A stretch of DNA of 64,000 nt from Nocardioides sp. (GCF_035481145.1 NZ_DATIHB010000008.1:4246-68245); one strand, 5' to 3'. Counted from the stretch's first letter, positions 17,680 through 29,940 are shown. Program-made: numbers and translations. The notes: generated by a model from the letters alone, not told the origin.

Positions 17680-19221
17680 TCAGGTCGGGGCGACGAGCCC
17701 GTGCGCCAGCGCATACAGACTGGCTCCGACGCGATTGCTGACGCCGAGCTTCGCGTACGTCCGCTCAACGTGGTTGCGCACGGTCTTCTCCGAGAGCACC
17801 AGCTGCTGCGCGATCTCCTTGTTGCTCGCACCGCGGGCGACGAGCAGCAGGATCTCGACCTCGCGCGGCGTCAGCCCGTCCTCGCGCTGCCTGGACCGCG
17901 TCGTCGCGTGCCCCGCGGCGGCCAGGACCGCATCGACGGCCGCGCCATCGAGCAGGCCGGACGAGGCGCGCCGTCGCAGGCGGTCGGCTGCCTCCTCGGG
18001 CGTCCGCGCCGACCGGTACGGACGCGGCTCCAACGCCGACTCGTAGGCGACCGCGGCGGCCAGGATCCGGTCGCCCTGCCCGAGCTGTGCCGCGGTGAGG
18101 CCGCGCGGATATCCGGACCCGTCGAGCAGTTCCTGATGGTTCATCGCAAGGCGGGTGACTGCCTCCAGCCCCCCGACACGCTCCAGCACCCGTCCGGTCA
18201 GGTACGGGTACAGGCGCACCCGCTCGACCTCCGCCGGTGAGAGCACCGCCGCCTTCTCCCAGATCTGGCTGGAGACGCCGATCCGGCCCAGGTTGTGCAC
18301 GTGCCCGGCCCGACGAAGGTCGCGTACCTGCTCGTCCGACATGCCGGAGCGCACCGCCGCTGAGGCCGCCAGCGCGGCGACCGCACGCGAGTGGCCGAGG
18401 GTGAAGGGGCACTTCATGTCGGCGAAGTCGCCGAGAGCGACCAGTATCTGGTCCACGTGGGCGTCGGTCGGCACCTCGTCACCGGCCGGCGCCTGTGCCA
18501 GGGCCTCGGCCCACACGTCGTCGGGCTGCGCAAGGATCCCGTCGGGATCAGCGACGAGCGCGTCCACGACCGCGGGGTCGAACTGCTTGCCTCGCCGCTC
18601 CTTGGCCATCGCGACTGCCCCGGCGACCCCGGCAACCCGCGAGAACACCTCCGCGACGTCGGCGACGATCGCGACCCGCAGCTCGATCGGGATCTCCTCG
18701 CCGCTCACGCCCACGGGACCGCCCGAGCCGTCCCACCGCTCGAAGGAGAAGCTGACAGCGTTCTGAACCGATGCCGGGAGTCCCATCTCGGCAGCCAGCA
18801 GGCCAGCGGCGGCGCAGTGGCCGTGATAGCGCTCGACCTGCTGCCTCCTGCCCGTCACCGCCATCTGCGCCATCAGCCCGATGCGTTTGGGAAGCGGCGA
18901 TCCCTTTGCCAGGTTGCTCGCCATGAACCGCATGTACGGCAGCCCCGACCAGTCGACGAGGTAGGCATCGCCGCGGATCTGGATGTCGTCGCCGAAGCTC
19001 GCACTCAGCTCTCGCGAATCGACGTGACACGCGACCCACATCAGCATCGTCGTCAGGTAGGTGGCGTCGCGCTGCGCGGGGGAGAGGCCAAGCCGGTCGG
19101 CGAGGCGAACGGACGACAGCGCCGAGCGCAGGATGTGCTCGGCCGGCTGGCCCAGCCCCAGGTCGATCGCCAGCGAGAGCGCTGCCAGCAGCTCGGAGCG
19201 ACGCGGCGGGGTCTGGGCCAT
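17680..19221 (-). CDS. HD-GYP-like domain + LuxR HTH regulator
   Basis: [13 protein letters not shown]-terminus, ERWDGSG and DGSGYPRG repeats, C-terminal LTPRE...[17 protein letters not shown]. Confidence 0.88.
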   Translation of the reverse strand: MAQTPPRRSELLAALSLAIDLGLGQPAEHILRSALSSVRLADRLGLSPAQRDATYLTTMLMWVACHVDSRELSASFGDDIQIRGDAYLVDWSGLPYMRFMASNLAKGSPLPKRIGLMAQMAVTGRRQQVERYHGHCAAAGLLAAEMGLPASVQNAVSFSFERWDGSGGPVGVSGEEIPIELRVAIVADVAEVFSRVAGVAGAVAMAKERRGKQFDPAVVDALVADPDGILAQPDDVWAEALAQAPAGDEVPTDAHVDQILVALGDFADMKCPFTLGHSRAVAALAASAAVRSGMSDEQVRDLRRAGHVHNLGRIGVSSQIWEKAAVLSPAEVERVRLYPYLTGRVLERVGGLEAVTRLAMNHQELLDGSGYPRGLTAAQLGQGDRILAAAVAYESALEPRPYRSARTPEEAADRLRRRASSGLLDGAAVDAVLAAAGHATTRSRQREDGLTPREVEILLLVARGASNKEIAQQLVLSEKTVRNHVERTYAKLGVSNRVGASLYALAHGLVAPT

Positions 19222-19225
19222 TCCC

Positions 19226-19969
19226 CTATCGTGCCGTGGTCGGCAGGGTGTGGCGCGTCGGATCGAAGTTTTCGAAGTGCCCGAATCCGTCGGCGAAGAG
19301 GTAGCCCTTCTGCGGCAGCGGGAAGTCGCCGCAGAATTCCTGCTCCACCAGCGGTCCGATCACGCCGGCGTCACGCCCGCTGATCAGCGCCGTACTTCGC
19401 GTGACCTCCCAGATGCGCCTCGGCGCCGCCATGAAGGACTGGCCGTTCGGCAGGTGCGTGCCGCTGAGCCGCATGCGCCCAGCGCCCATCATGGCCGTGG
19501 CCATGTGGCCCATGACGGCGTGGAAGCCCTTGTTGGTCCACGCTCCCATCGGCATGGCGATGCTCATCGCCGACATCATCGTCGTCAGCGCGGTGGCTCG
19601 GCACTCGACCGTCCAGTCGAGAACATCGTCGATGAAGACGCGCATCGTGAAGTCGTCGAGCCAGGTGACGTCGATCGGGGTGACGGTCGAGGGTTCGACG
19701 AGATCCGCACTGATGTACCGCGGGCAGCTCTCCTCTGGCCTGCCGGTCGTGTAGACCCGCCACTCGCCCGCCGGATTGCGATGCCAGACGGACCGGTACG
19801 GCGGGCCGAACGACGCGGCGTGGAAGTCGCGCAGCACCAGGTAGTCGCCACCGCTGAAGGGAAGCCCGATCACGCCGTAACCGATGGCTCGCTCATCGTC
19901 GCCGGGCGGCAGGACTCGGGCGATCTCCATCGAGGTGGCCGCCTCGCGCGGAGTCAGCTTCTTGCTCAT
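19226..19969 (-). CDS. Hypothetical protein
   Basis: ATG overlaps the upstream stop (ATGA) with an RBS; [19 protein letters not shown] and SCPRY segments look protein-like. Confidence 0.7.
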   Translation of the reverse strand: MSKKLTPREAATSMEIARVLPPGDDERAIGYGVIGLPFSGGDYLVLRDFHAASFGPPYRSVWHRNPAGEWRVYTTGRPEESCPRYISADLVEPSTVTPIDVTWLDDFTMRVFIDDVLDWTVECRATALTTMMSAMSIAMPMGAWTNKGFHAVMGHMATAMMGAGRMRLSGTHLPNGQSFMAAPRRIWEVTRSTALISGRDAGVIGPLVEQEFCGDFPLPQKGYLFADGFGHFENFDPTRHTLPTTAR

Positions 19970-20850
19970 CTCGATTCCTTCCACATCGCCGCGACGTGCC
20001 GGGCATCGGTGCCGCAGCACCCGCCCAGCACCTCGAGGTTGGTGAACATGTCCAACAGGGGACGCTGATCCACAGCGAGCTGCGCCGGATCACCGGCATC
20101 GAGAACCTCGGATTCGTCGAGCTCGGCATGGCTCATCGTCGACGCGTTGACCCGAAGTCCGCCGACCCGCTCCTGCCACGGCCCCGGCTCGAAGCCCTTG
20201 AGGATGTGCGTCGGGTGTGCGCAGTTGATCAGGAAGTGCGCGGGCCGCGCGACGGCATCCACCGCGGTGATCGCCTCGGCCAGGGATGTCCCGTTGAGCA
20301 GCCGACCGTCCGTCTCCACCGTGAAGCCGATGGCCACAGGCAGGCCCAGATCGGAGGCGGCGCGCGCAATGCCGATCGCCTCACCCACCTCGTTGAGCGT
20401 CAGCGCCGAGGCCCGGTCCGCACCCGCTGCAGCGAACGCAGCGAGCTGCGGGCGGTGGTAGTCGGCAGCCTGGTCCGGATCGATGGGACCGCTCGTCTGG
20501 TAGCCGTCACCGCGCGGGCCGACGATCCCGCCGACCTCCCATGCGGCCAGCCCGCTGGCTCGGCCGACCTGGCGGAGGAAGTCCACCGCGTCCGTGTTGA
20601 CCCGGGTGAGAGCCACGGCGTCGTAACCGAGCGGCGCAGCCCGATCTGCGTTCGCCATCCACGTCGGGGTCTCCAGCAGCAACGCGGCTCCCGCCTCGCC
20701 CGCGATCTCGACGTACGCCATGTAGTACTCCATGAGCACCGTGCGGCCAGACGCCGAGTCGAGCAAGGGGTACGCCGAGAATGCAGGCAGGTCAACGCCC
20801 CGGTTGAAGATGAGGTCGGTCTCGATGCCGCCGTCGGTCACGAATCGCAT
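19966..20850 (-). CDS. Homocysteine S-methyltransferase family protein
   Basis: DGGIET, VGPRGDGY, INCAHP and GGCCGT Zn-ligand motifs. Confidence 0.9.
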   Translation of the reverse strand: MRFVTDGGIETDLIFNRGVDLPAFSAYPLLDSASGRTVLMEYYMAYVEIAGEAGAALLLETPTWMANADRAAPLGYDAVALTRVNTDAVDFLRQVGRASGLAAWEVGGIVGPRGDGYQTSGPIDPDQAADYHRPQLAAFAAAGADRASALTLNEVGEAIGIARAASDLGLPVAIGFTVETDGRLLNGTSLAEAITAVDAVARPAHFLINCAHPTHILKGFEPGPWQERVGGLRVNASTMSHAELDESEVLDAGDPAQLAVDQRPLLDMFTNLEVLGGCCGTDARHVAAMWKESR

Positions 20851-20864
20851 GGGAGCCGCTCCGC

Positions 20865-21689
20865 CTATTTCGTCGCAGTGACGAGGAGGAACGTCGCCCC
20901 GATCGAGGTCCGGTCCGGGCCGCCTTCGTTCTGGCTGGCGAACAGATCCGCGAGCTCGCGGTCGAGCTCGTCGCCCCGGCCGGCGGCCTCGGCGGCTGCA
21001 TAGGCATTCATGGTCGGCCCGTAGTACGCGCGGAACAGCCCGAGGAACTCGGCGGACGGACCCTCGCTCTCGAACCGGAACTCGCGCCGCTCGCACGACA
21101 CCGACTCCGCGGCGATGCCCGCCGCCGCGAATCGCCGTACCACCTCGTCCTCGACCCCCCAGGTCATCGGACTCACGAAGCCCTCAGGCGGTGGCGGCGA
21201 GTACGAGCTGGCGATCCGCAGGATCTGCGCAACGAGCGTGGGGTCGCCGGGGATCCAGTTGCCCATCACGATGCGGCCGCCCGGTCGCGTGACGCGAACC
21301 ATCTCCTTGGCGACGTCGTAGGGACGCGGCGCGAACATCGCTCCGAACACGGTGACGACGAGGTCGAACGAGTCGTCGGCCAGGTTGTCGAGGTGGCTGG
21401 CGTCGCCTTCCTCGAAGCGCAGGTTCTCCAGCTCCTCGGCTGCGGCACGCGCGTTCCCCGCGGCGACCAGGTTGCTGGCGATGTCGACGCCGACGACGTC
21501 GGCGCCGAGCCGGGCGGCCGGAACGGCGGTGGTGCCGTCGCCGCAGCCGAGGTCGAGGACCTGCGTCCCGGGCCGGACGCCCAGCTGGCTGACGAGGGCT
21601 TCGCCGGCGTTGCGCATCGTCTCGGCGACGCGGGTGAAGTCGCCCTTCTCCCAAAGGTCCTTGTTGGGGTTCGACACTGTCGTGGTCAT
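20865..21689 (-). CDS. Class I SAM-dependent methyltransferase
   Basis: VLDLGCGDG, SFDLVVTVFGAMFAP, RVTRPGG. Confidence 0.9.
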   Translation of the reverse strand: MTTTVSNPNKDLWEKGDFTRVAETMRNAGEALVSQLGVRPGTQVLDLGCGDGTTAVPAARLGADVVGVDIASNLVAAGNARAAAEELENLRFEEGDASHLDNLADDSFDLVVTVFGAMFAPRPYDVAKEMVRVTRPGGRIVMGNWIPGDPTLVAQILRIASSYSPPPPEGFVSPMTWGVEDEVVRRFAAAGIAAESVSCERREFRFESEGPSAEFLGLFRAYYGPTMNAYAAAEAAGRGDELDRELADLFASQNEGGPDRTSIGATFLLVTATK

Positions 21690-21856
21690 GGGGAACCTCT
21701 CCCTGGTTGGTGACGGCTCCAGCATTGGCCCGCAAGGCGCCCCTCCACATGGGGCAGATGCCTCAAAGATCGGCAACGTTGCTGCAACGTGACGGCTCCT
21801 AGCGTGTGTGAACGGCGTCACAGCCGACGTCCCCGACACCTTCGCAGGAGCAGAAA

Positions 21857-23379
<1,523 letters not shown>

Positions 23380-23380
<1 letters not shown>

Positions 23381-23787
23381 TGGACGTCGGCCCCCGGCGG
23401 GTCGACGTCACCGGTGAGGCGGCGGAGCTCCTCCGCCGCCTCACCGCGGACCACGGCCCGCTGATGTTCCACCAGTCCGGCGGCTGCTGCGACGGCTCCG
23501 CGCCCATGTGCTACCCGCAGGGCCAGTTCCTGACCGGAGCGTCCGACGTACACCTGGGAGACCTGGAGATCGGTCTCGACCGGCCCGTCCCCGTCTGGAT
23601 GGGCAAGGCCCAGTTCGCCTACTGGGAGCACACGCACCTGACGATCGACGTCGTGGCGGGGCGTGGCGCCGGCTTCTCGCTCGAGTCGCCGCACGGCGTC
23701 CGCTTCCTGACCCGCTCGCGCGTCTTCACCGACGAGGAGCACGCCGCGCTCGTGGCTGTCTCGGACGGCGCCGGCAACGCCGTCTGA
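23380..23787 (+). CDS. DUF779 family protein
   Basis: HGPLMFHQSGGCCDGSAPMCY; translationally coupled to the aldehyde dehydrogenase. Confidence 0.92.
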
Positions 23788-23821
23788 GGTCTTTCCTCGC
23801 CAGCCCTTCCACGACAAGGAG

Positions 23822-24100
23822 ATGCAGATGACCGTCCGTGCCACCGGCTCCCGCCTCGAGGGCTGGTTCGTCACCGCGCGCCAGCGCCAGCCCGGGCCGT
23901 ACGGCGAGCCGCGGCCCTGGGGTGCCGTCCACGTCAAGCGACTCGGCGAGCCGAAGACCGCCTGTGGCGTGGTGAGCCTGGGCTGGCAGGTCTTCTGGCG
24001 GGTGCCGGCCGACAGCGTCCTGCCCGACCTCTGTGGCGCGTGTCGCGAGGTCGCCCTCGCCGATGCGCACGCCTCGAGCCCGCGCTGCAGCGCCTGCTGA
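23822..24100 (+). CDS. Small His/Cys-rich (putative Zn-binding) protein
   Basis: RBS AAGGAG; VH..TACG...LCGAC...CSAC; followed by a terminator hairpin. Confidence 0.6.
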   Translation: MQMTVRATGSRLEGWFVTARQRQPGPYGEPRPWGAVHVKRLGEPKTACGVVSLGWQVFWRVPADSVLPDLCGACREVALADAHASSPRCSAC

Positions 24101-24117
24101 TCACGCAGCACACCGCC

Positions 24118-24148
24118 AGCGCCCGGATCCACCACGGATCCGGGCGCT
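24118..24148 (+). terminator. Hairpin terminator
   Basis: 13-bp perfect stem AGCGCCCGGATCC / GGATCCGGGCGCT. Confidence 0.7.
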
Positions 24149-24343
24149 AGCCCATTTCCGGATGGCATCGGCCGTTGTCGGGTGACTTCTGGGGTCGGCT
24201 ACCCCAGTGAACTGGGGTGGATCCCCAGTCCGAAAGTGACTAGTACCAATAAGCCCCCACGGCCTCGCGCGATGCCGTGGACTTGGCGTTGTCTCTTTGG
24301 ACATCTCGGGGTCCCCTCCCTCCCACCAGAAGGACCCGCTCTC

Positions 24344-24664
24344 ATGGCACTCTCCCTCGACGCCCGTCGCAAGAACAACGACGACGGCTTCACGCTCATC
24401 GAGCTCCTCATCGTGATCATCATCCTCGGCATCCTCGCCGCGGTCGTGGTCTTCTCCGTCAACGGCCTGAACAACGACGCGGAGATGAACGCGTGCAAGG
24501 CCGAGGTTCGCGCGGTCGAGACCGCCTACGAGGCCGCCATCGCCAAGGGTGCGACGGCCCCGACGCTGGCCCAGCTCCAGGCCGCGCCGTACAAGTTCCT
24601 GCGCTCGGCTCCGGTCTACGTCACTGCCGTCGACGCGACCTCCGTCACCGCGTCGCCCTGCTGA
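24344..24664 (+). CDS. Type IV major pilin
   Basis: Class III signal peptide RRKNNDDG|FTLIELLIVIIILGILAAVV with E5; two Cys. Confidence 0.9.
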   Translation: MALSLDARRKNNDDGFTLIELLIVIIILGILAAVVVFSVNGLNNDAEMNACKAEVRAVETAYEAAIAKGATAPTLAQLQAAPYKFLRSAPVYVTAVDATSVTASPC

Positions 24665-24676
24665 TCCTCTGACCAC

Positions 24677-24710
24677 CGCGGGAGGGTCGCCGTACGACGA
24701 CCCTCCCGCG
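24677..24710 (+). terminator. Stem-loop between the pilin gene and pilT
   Basis: 13-bp perfect stem CGCGGGAGGGTCG / CGACCCTCCCGCG. Confidence 0.7.
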
Positions 24711-24767
24711 TTCGGCCATTTCCCACCCGGCCATTTCCCAACCGGTCACGACCCACCGAGGGCACCC

Positions 24768-25868
24768 ATGCACATCGAACAGACGAAGCTCGGCGCAACG
24801 ATCGACCACCTCCTCGCGGTGCTGTGGAGCAAGCGCGGCAGCGACCTGCTGCTCACCGTCGGCCTGCCCCCGATGATCCGTGTCGACGGGTCACTCGCCC
24901 CGGTGGACGGTGCTGTCGCCCTGGCCGCGGCCGACACCGACGCCCTGCTCGCCGAGATCCTCACCAGCGACCAGGTGAAGGCGTGGGAGGCCCGGCATGA
25001 GTTCGACTTCTCGTTCTCCTGGCGTGACCAGGCCCGGATCCGCGGCAACGCCTTCACCCAGCGCGGCCAGACGGCCGTCGCGCTCCGCATGATCCCGCGC
25101 TCGATCCCGAGCCCCGACGACCTCGGCCTGCCGCAGCCGCTCCGTGACGCGGCCCTCAAGCACCAGGGGCTGATCCTGATGACCGGCCCGACCGGCTCGG
25201 GCAAGTCGACGACGCTGGCGAGCCTGATCGACCTGATCAACGACAACCGCGGCGCCCACATCATCACGATCGAGGACCCGATCGAGTACGTGCACGACCA
25301 CAAGCGCTCGGCCGTCAACCAGCGCGAGGTCGGCACCGACACCGCCGGCTTCCACGACGCGCTGCGCAGTGTGCTCCGCGAGGACCCCGACGTCCTGCTG
25401 GTCGGCGAGATGCGTGACCTGGAGTCGATCCAGTTCGCGCTCACCGTCGCCGAGACCGGCCACCTCGTCTTCGCGACGCTGCACACCAACGACACCGCCC
25501 AGTCCCTCGGGCGCATGATCGACGTCTTCCCGGCCGGCCAGCAGGAGCAGATCCGGGTCCAGCTCGCCGCCGCCCTCAGTTGCGTCGTCTACCAGCGCCT
25601 GGTCCCGCGCATCGGCGGCGGCATGGTGGCGGCGTACGAGGTGCTCACCGCCACGCCCGCGGTGCGCAACCTGATCAAGGAGGGCAAGACCCACCAGCTG
25701 CGCAACTCGCTCGTCACGGGTATGCGCGACGGCATGTCGACGCTCGAGCAATCCCTCTCCGACCTGGTCCTGGAAGGGGTCATCACCGAGGAGGACGCGC
25801 GCGCACGCAGCCTCTACCCGAACGACGTCGTCCCGCGGCCTCGCGCCGCTGCGCCTCTCCGGGGCTGA
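24768..25868 (+). CDS. pilT: Type IV pilus retraction ATPase PilT
   Basis: GPTGSGKSTT, TIEDPIE, QREVG, LREDPD.LLVGEMRD, ETGHLVFATLHT, AVRNLIKE (AIRNLIRE motif). Confidence 0.93.
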   Translation: MHIEQTKLGATIDHLLAVLWSKRGSDLLLTVGLPPMIRVDGSLAPVDGAVALAAADTDALLAEILTSDQVKAWEARHEFDFSFSWRDQARIRGNAFTQRGQTAVALRMIPRSIPSPDDLGLPQPLRDAALKHQGLILMTGPTGSGKSTTLASLIDLINDNRGAHIITIEDPIEYVHDHKRSAVNQREVGTDTAGFHDALRSVLREDPDVLLVGEMRDLESIQFALTVAETGHLVFATLHTNDTAQSLGRMIDVFPAGQQEQIRVQLAAALSCVVYQRLVPRIGGGMVAAYEVLTATPAVRNLIKEGKTHQLRNSLVTGMRDGMSTLEQSLSDLVLEGVITEEDARARSLYPNDVVPRPRAAAPLRG

Positions 25869-25873
25869 CCGCG

Positions 25874-27607
25874 ATGCGTTTCGCAGGACGTCATCGGGAG
25901 GCGCCGGCCGCGCCCGCGCCGCGCCAGCAGTCGTACGACGACATGGTCGCCGGTGTCCTGGTGGCCGCCGGCCGTCTGGAGCCGTACCAGCTCGACGCCC
26001 TGCGCGTCGCCGCACCTGAGGCGATCCTCGCCGACGAGGTGGTGCGCACCGGTGCGGTCAGTGCCGACGACCTGGCGGCGCTCGTGGCCCAGCACTACGG
26101 GTGTGAAGTCGTCGACTTCCGCGCCGTCGATCCGTCGCCGGAAGCCGTCGCCCTCATGCCGCGGGACCGGGCGCGGGAGCTCCAGGCAGTCCCGCTCTCC
26201 GTGGACGACGCCGGGGTCACGGTCGTCGTCCTCGACCCGTCGCGCGAGCACCTCGATCTGATCCAGCAGGCCGTGGGTCGTCCGGTCACCGCACTGGTGG
26301 CGACGCACCGGACGCTCACGCAGGCGCTCGATTCCGAGTACAAGGCCACCAGCGAGCTCGGCTCGCACGTCGAGGCCTTCGAGGCGCGGGACGTCCTGCG
26401 CCGTGACGCCTTCGAGGACAGCGCACAGGTCAACGAGGACGCACCCGTCGTCCAGGTCGTGCAGAAGGTGATCACCCAGGGGCTGCGCGACCGGGCCTCC
26501 GACATCCACATCGAGCCCTTTGGCGATCGGGTGCGGATCCGCTTCCGCATCGACGGTGCGCTCAACGACGTCCTCGACCTGCCCGGGTCGATCGGCCCGG
26601 CGCTGATCAGCCGCCTCAAGATCCTGGGCGGCATGAACATCGTCGAGCGGCGCCGGTCCCAAGACGGCCAGATCTCGATGAACGTCGAGGGCCGCGAGGT
26701 CGACATCCGCGTCGCCACGACCGCCGTCGTCGGCGGCGAGAAGGTGGTCATGCGGCTGCTCGACAAGAGCCGTCCGCTCTTCAAGCTCGCCCAGCTCGGC
26801 ATGCCCGACGACACCGCCGACCGCTTCCGCCGGCTGGTGCACCAGCCCTACGGGATGATCGTCTGCGCCGGCCCCACCGGTGGTGGCAAGACCACCACGC
26901 TCTACGCCTCCCTGGGTGAGCTCGACACCGTCGACCGCAACATCATGACGATCGAGGACCCGGTGGAGTACACCTTCGATTCGATCAACCAGATCCAGAT
27001 CAACGAGCAGGCCGGCATCACGTTCGCTGGTGGGCTCAAGTCGATCCTGCGCCAGGACCCCGACGTGATCCTGATCGGTGAGATCCGCGACGTCGACACC
27101 GCGCGCATCGCGGTGCAGAGTGCGCTCACCGGCCACATGGTCCTCTCGTCGCTGCACGCCACCGAGGCTGTCTCCGCGCTCTACCGCCTGCTCGACATGG
27201 GGATCGAGGCCTTCCTCGTGGCGTCGTCGGTGAGTGCGGTGATGGCCCAGCGCCTGGTGCGCCGCAACTGCACCAACTGTCTGGAGACCTACCAGCCGAC
27301 GGCTGACGAGATCGGCTTCATGCGCGCCGTCGGTGGAGACGAGCCCTCGCACGGCTTCGTCCACGGTGTCGGCTGTCACTTCTGTGCCCACACCGGCTAC
27401 CTCGACCGGATCGGCGTCTACGAGCTGCTGGCGGTCACCGATGAGGTGCGTGAGCAGATCATCGACCGGGTGCCCCAGGACGAGATGCGCAAGCTCGCGC
27501 GCAGCCAGGGCATGCGCACCCTGCAGGAGCAGGGTGCCCGGCTGGTTGCGGACGGGTTGACCACCCCGGCCGAGGTCATGCGTTCCATTTACGTGGCAGG
27601 AGCCTGA
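25874..27607 (+). CDS. pilB: Type IV pilus assembly ATPase PilB/GspE
   Basis: ASDIHIEP, GPTGGGKTTT, LRQDPDVILIGEIRD, CTNC...CHFC Zn motif. Confidence 0.92.
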   Translation: MRFAGRHREAPAAPAPRQQSYDDMVAGVLVAAGRLEPYQLDALRVAAPEAILADEVVRTGAVSADDLAALVAQHYGCEVVDFRAVDPSPEAVALMPRDRARELQAVPLSVDDAGVTVVVLDPSREHLDLIQQAVGRPVTALVATHRTLTQALDSEYKATSELGSHVEAFEARDVLRRDAFEDSAQVNEDAPVVQVVQKVITQGLRDRASDIHIEPFGDRVRIRFRIDGALNDVLDLPGSIGPALISRLKILGGMNIVERRRSQDGQISMNVEGREVDIRVATTAVVGGEKVVMRLLDKSRPLFKLAQLGMPDDTADRFRRLVHQPYGMIVCAGPTGGGKTTTLYASLGELDTVDRNIMTIEDPVEYTFDSINQIQINEQAGITFAGGLKSILRQDPDVILIGEIRDVDTARIAVQSALTGHMVLSSLHATEAVSALYRLLDMGIEAFLVASSVSAVMAQRLVRRNCTNCLETYQPTADEIGFMRAVGGDEPSHGFVHGVGCHFCAHTGYLDRIGVYELLAVTDEVREQIIDRVPQDEMRKLARSQGMRTLQEQGARLVADGLTTPAEVMRSIYVAGA

Positions 27608-27608
27608 G

Positions 27609-28814
27609 ATGCCCAAGTTCGCCTATGTCGGAGTCGACATGTCCGGGGCGCCGGTCAAGGGCACGCAGAAGGCCGAGAGCCGCGGCGACGCCGAGGTGGC
27701 CCTCTTCCAGCAGCAGGTGCGCGACCTGCGCGTCACCGAGAAGAAGAGCATCCTGCAGTTCGAGATCTCCGGACCGCGGATCAAGCGTGACCACGTCATG
27801 CACCTGTCGCGGCAGATCGCTGCCTTCCTCCGCGCCGGTCTGCCGATCCTCGAGGCGGTGCACACCATCGGTGCCGAGAGCGACAACTCCTCGCTGCGCC
27901 GGATGATGTACGAGATCGAGGACGGCCTCCGGTCGGGTGACCGGTTCTCCGACTGCCTGGACCGCTTCCCGAAGGTCTTCCCTCCGTTCTTCCGCGGCAT
28001 CGTCCGCTCGGCGGAGCTCACCGGTGAGCTCGACACCGTCCTGCTGCGCCTGGCCCGCTACATCGAGCGTGATCTCGAGGCGCGTCGCAAGATCAAGACG
28101 GCGCTGACCTATCCGCTCGTCGTCGCGGGGCTGTCGGTGGTGACCGTGGTCATCCTCGCCGCCTACGTGCTGCCCAAGTTCAAGGACTTCTTCGCGAACC
28201 TCGACGCCGACCTGCCTCTGCCGACCCGCATGCTGATGCACACGACGGACTTCCTCACGGCCTGGTGGTGGGCGCTCCTCGCGGGGCTCGGAGTCTTCAT
28301 CCTGCTCATCTTCATCGTGACCCGCTTCGAGAAGGGCAAGTACGCCCGCGACGCCTTCTTCCTCAAGGTCCCCGTGCTCGGGGAGACGATCCAGTACGCC
28401 CTGGTCGAACGCTTCTGCCGAGTGCTCGCCTCGATGGTCTCCGCCGGCGTCAACCTGACCGACGCCCTGACGGTCACCACCGACGCACTCCGCAACCGGG
28501 TCTTCGTGCGGCGCCTCACCGAGGTGCGCGAGCAGATGCTCGAGGGACAGGGCATCGCTGGCCCGCTCGCCCGCACGAGGCTCTTCCCCGGCACCGCGAC
28601 CTCGATGCTCCGGGTCGGCGAGGACACCGGCTCGCTCGACACCCAGCTCGAGGTCACGGCGGAGTACTACGAGGTGGAGCTCGACTACAAGATCGCCAAG
28701 CTGACCGCGCTCTTCGAGCCGGCCGTCATCATCGCCATGGGTGCGATCGTGGGCTTCGTCGCGGTCGCGCTCGTCTCGGCGATGTACGGCATCTTCAACC
28801 AGGTGGAAATCTGA
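27609..28814 (+). CDS. pilC: Type IV pilus platform protein PilC (GspF family)
   Basis: Two GspF domains (AELTGEL, VGEDTGSL), ALTYP and LFEP TM boundaries. Confidence 0.92.
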   Translation: MPKFAYVGVDMSGAPVKGTQKAESRGDAEVALFQQQVRDLRVTEKKSILQFEISGPRIKRDHVMHLSRQIAAFLRAGLPILEAVHTIGAESDNSSLRRMMYEIEDGLRSGDRFSDCLDRFPKVFPPFFRGIVRSAELTGELDTVLLRLARYIERDLEARRKIKTALTYPLVVAGLSVVTVVILAAYVLPKFKDFFANLDADLPLPTRMLMHTTDFLTAWWWALLAGLGVFILLIFIVTRFEKGKYARDAFFLKVPVLGETIQYALVERFCRVLASMVSAGVNLTDALTVTTDALRNRVFVRRLTEVREQMLEGQGIAGPLARTRLFPGTATSMLRVGEDTGSLDTQLEVTAEYYEVELDYKIAKLTALFEPAVIIAMGAIVGFVAVALVSAMYGIFNQVEI

Positions 28815-29293
28815 TGCCGGCGCCGGCGACACCGGACGAACGAGGGGAGACGCTGGTCGAGCTCCTCGTGACCGTGGTGATCCTCGGCGTCGCCGCTGTC
28901 ACCATCCTCGGGGCGATGCTCCTCGGGATCTTCTCCTCCGACGTCGGCCGCAAGCAGTCCACGAGCAGCGCCTACGCGCGCAGCTTCGCCGAGGCGATCC
29001 AGAAGTCGGTCGACACCAATGGTGGTTATGCGTCGTGCGGCAGCGCGCTCTCGACGTACGGCGGGGTGGCGGTGCCGAACCTCCCGAGCGGGTACACGCG
29101 CTCGGTGGTGGCGGTGCAGTCGTGGTCCGGGTCGACGTGGGGTGGCTGCGATGCGAACGGCATCCAGCGGATCACCGTGCGGGTGGTGAGCACGGGCACC
29201 GGCGAACGGCAGGCCACCGAGGACCTCGTCGTCGTGCTCCGCAAGCCCTGCAACGGATCTGCGGCAGCAACGGGGGCCGACCCATGCGCCTGA
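28814..29293 (+). CDS. Minor pilin
   Basis: DERG|ETLVELLVTVVILG class III signal peptide; four Cys. Confidence 0.85.
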   Translation: MPAPATPDERGETLVELLVTVVILGVAAVTILGAMLLGIFSSDVGRKQSTSSAYARSFAEAIQKSVDTNGGYASCGSALSTYGGVAVPNLPSGYTRSVVAVQSWSGSTWGGCDANGIQRITVRVVSTGTGERQATEDLVVVLRKPCNGSAAATGADPCA

Positions 29294-29940
29294 TCGACAA
29301 GCTACGTCGTGGTCCTGGTCGTGGTCGCGACGAGGGCTTCACCCTGATCGAGCTGGTGATGTCCGTGTCGATCCTCGGCATCATCATCGTGCCGTTGACC
29401 GGTGTAGTGATCGAGTACTTCCTGGTCGACGCCGACACCAGGGCCCGACTCTCGGAGTCCACCGACCAGCAGTTCATCTCGACGTACTGGCAGCAGGACG
29501 TCAGCAGCCTGGGCAAGCGCTCCTTCGCCCCGGGAGCGACCGACCCGGTGCCCTCGGCGACGTCCGTCGAGTTCGGCCCGGTGACCGGCTGTGGCTCCTC
29601 CGCCGGCACCGTCGTCGTCCGCTTCTCGTGGACCGAGTTCGAGGTGGGAGCCTCCGACCCGGCCCTTGCCTGGTCGAGCGTTGCCCACGAAGCGGCGTAC
29701 GTGAAGTCGGGGACAGAGCTCAGCCGCGTCCGCTGCCGCGGAGGTGTGGAGGAGAGCCCGCTCCGGATGGCCCACAACCTCGACGGCGCGCCCGTCGTCG
29801 CGTGCGACCCTGACCCGTGCCCGACCGGCGCCACGCTGCCGCGATCGATCTCGATGACCTTCACCGTGCGCGACGTCGCCACATCGACCTCGTCGATCGG
29901 CTACACCACGACGGTGACTGCAGACCGGAGGCAGGGATGA
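29284..29940 (+). CDS. Minor pilin
   Basis: RDEG|FTLIELVMSVSILG class III signal peptide. Confidence 0.85.
   Translation: MRLIDKLRRGPGRGRDEGFTLIELVMSVSILGIIIVPLTGVVIEYFLVDADTRARLSESTDQQFISTYWQQDVSSLGKRSFAPGATDPVPSATSVEFGPVTGCGSSAGTVVVRFSWTEFEVGASDPALAWSSVAHEAAYVKSGTELSRVRCRGGVEESPLRMAHNLDGAPVVACDPDPCPTGATLPRSISMTFTVRDVATSTSSIGYTTTVTADRRQG

Noticed and set aside
24150-24343. c-di-GMP riboswitch before the pilin gene
   Set aside because: Class I/II consensus elements are not recognisable; an Rfam scan would settle it.
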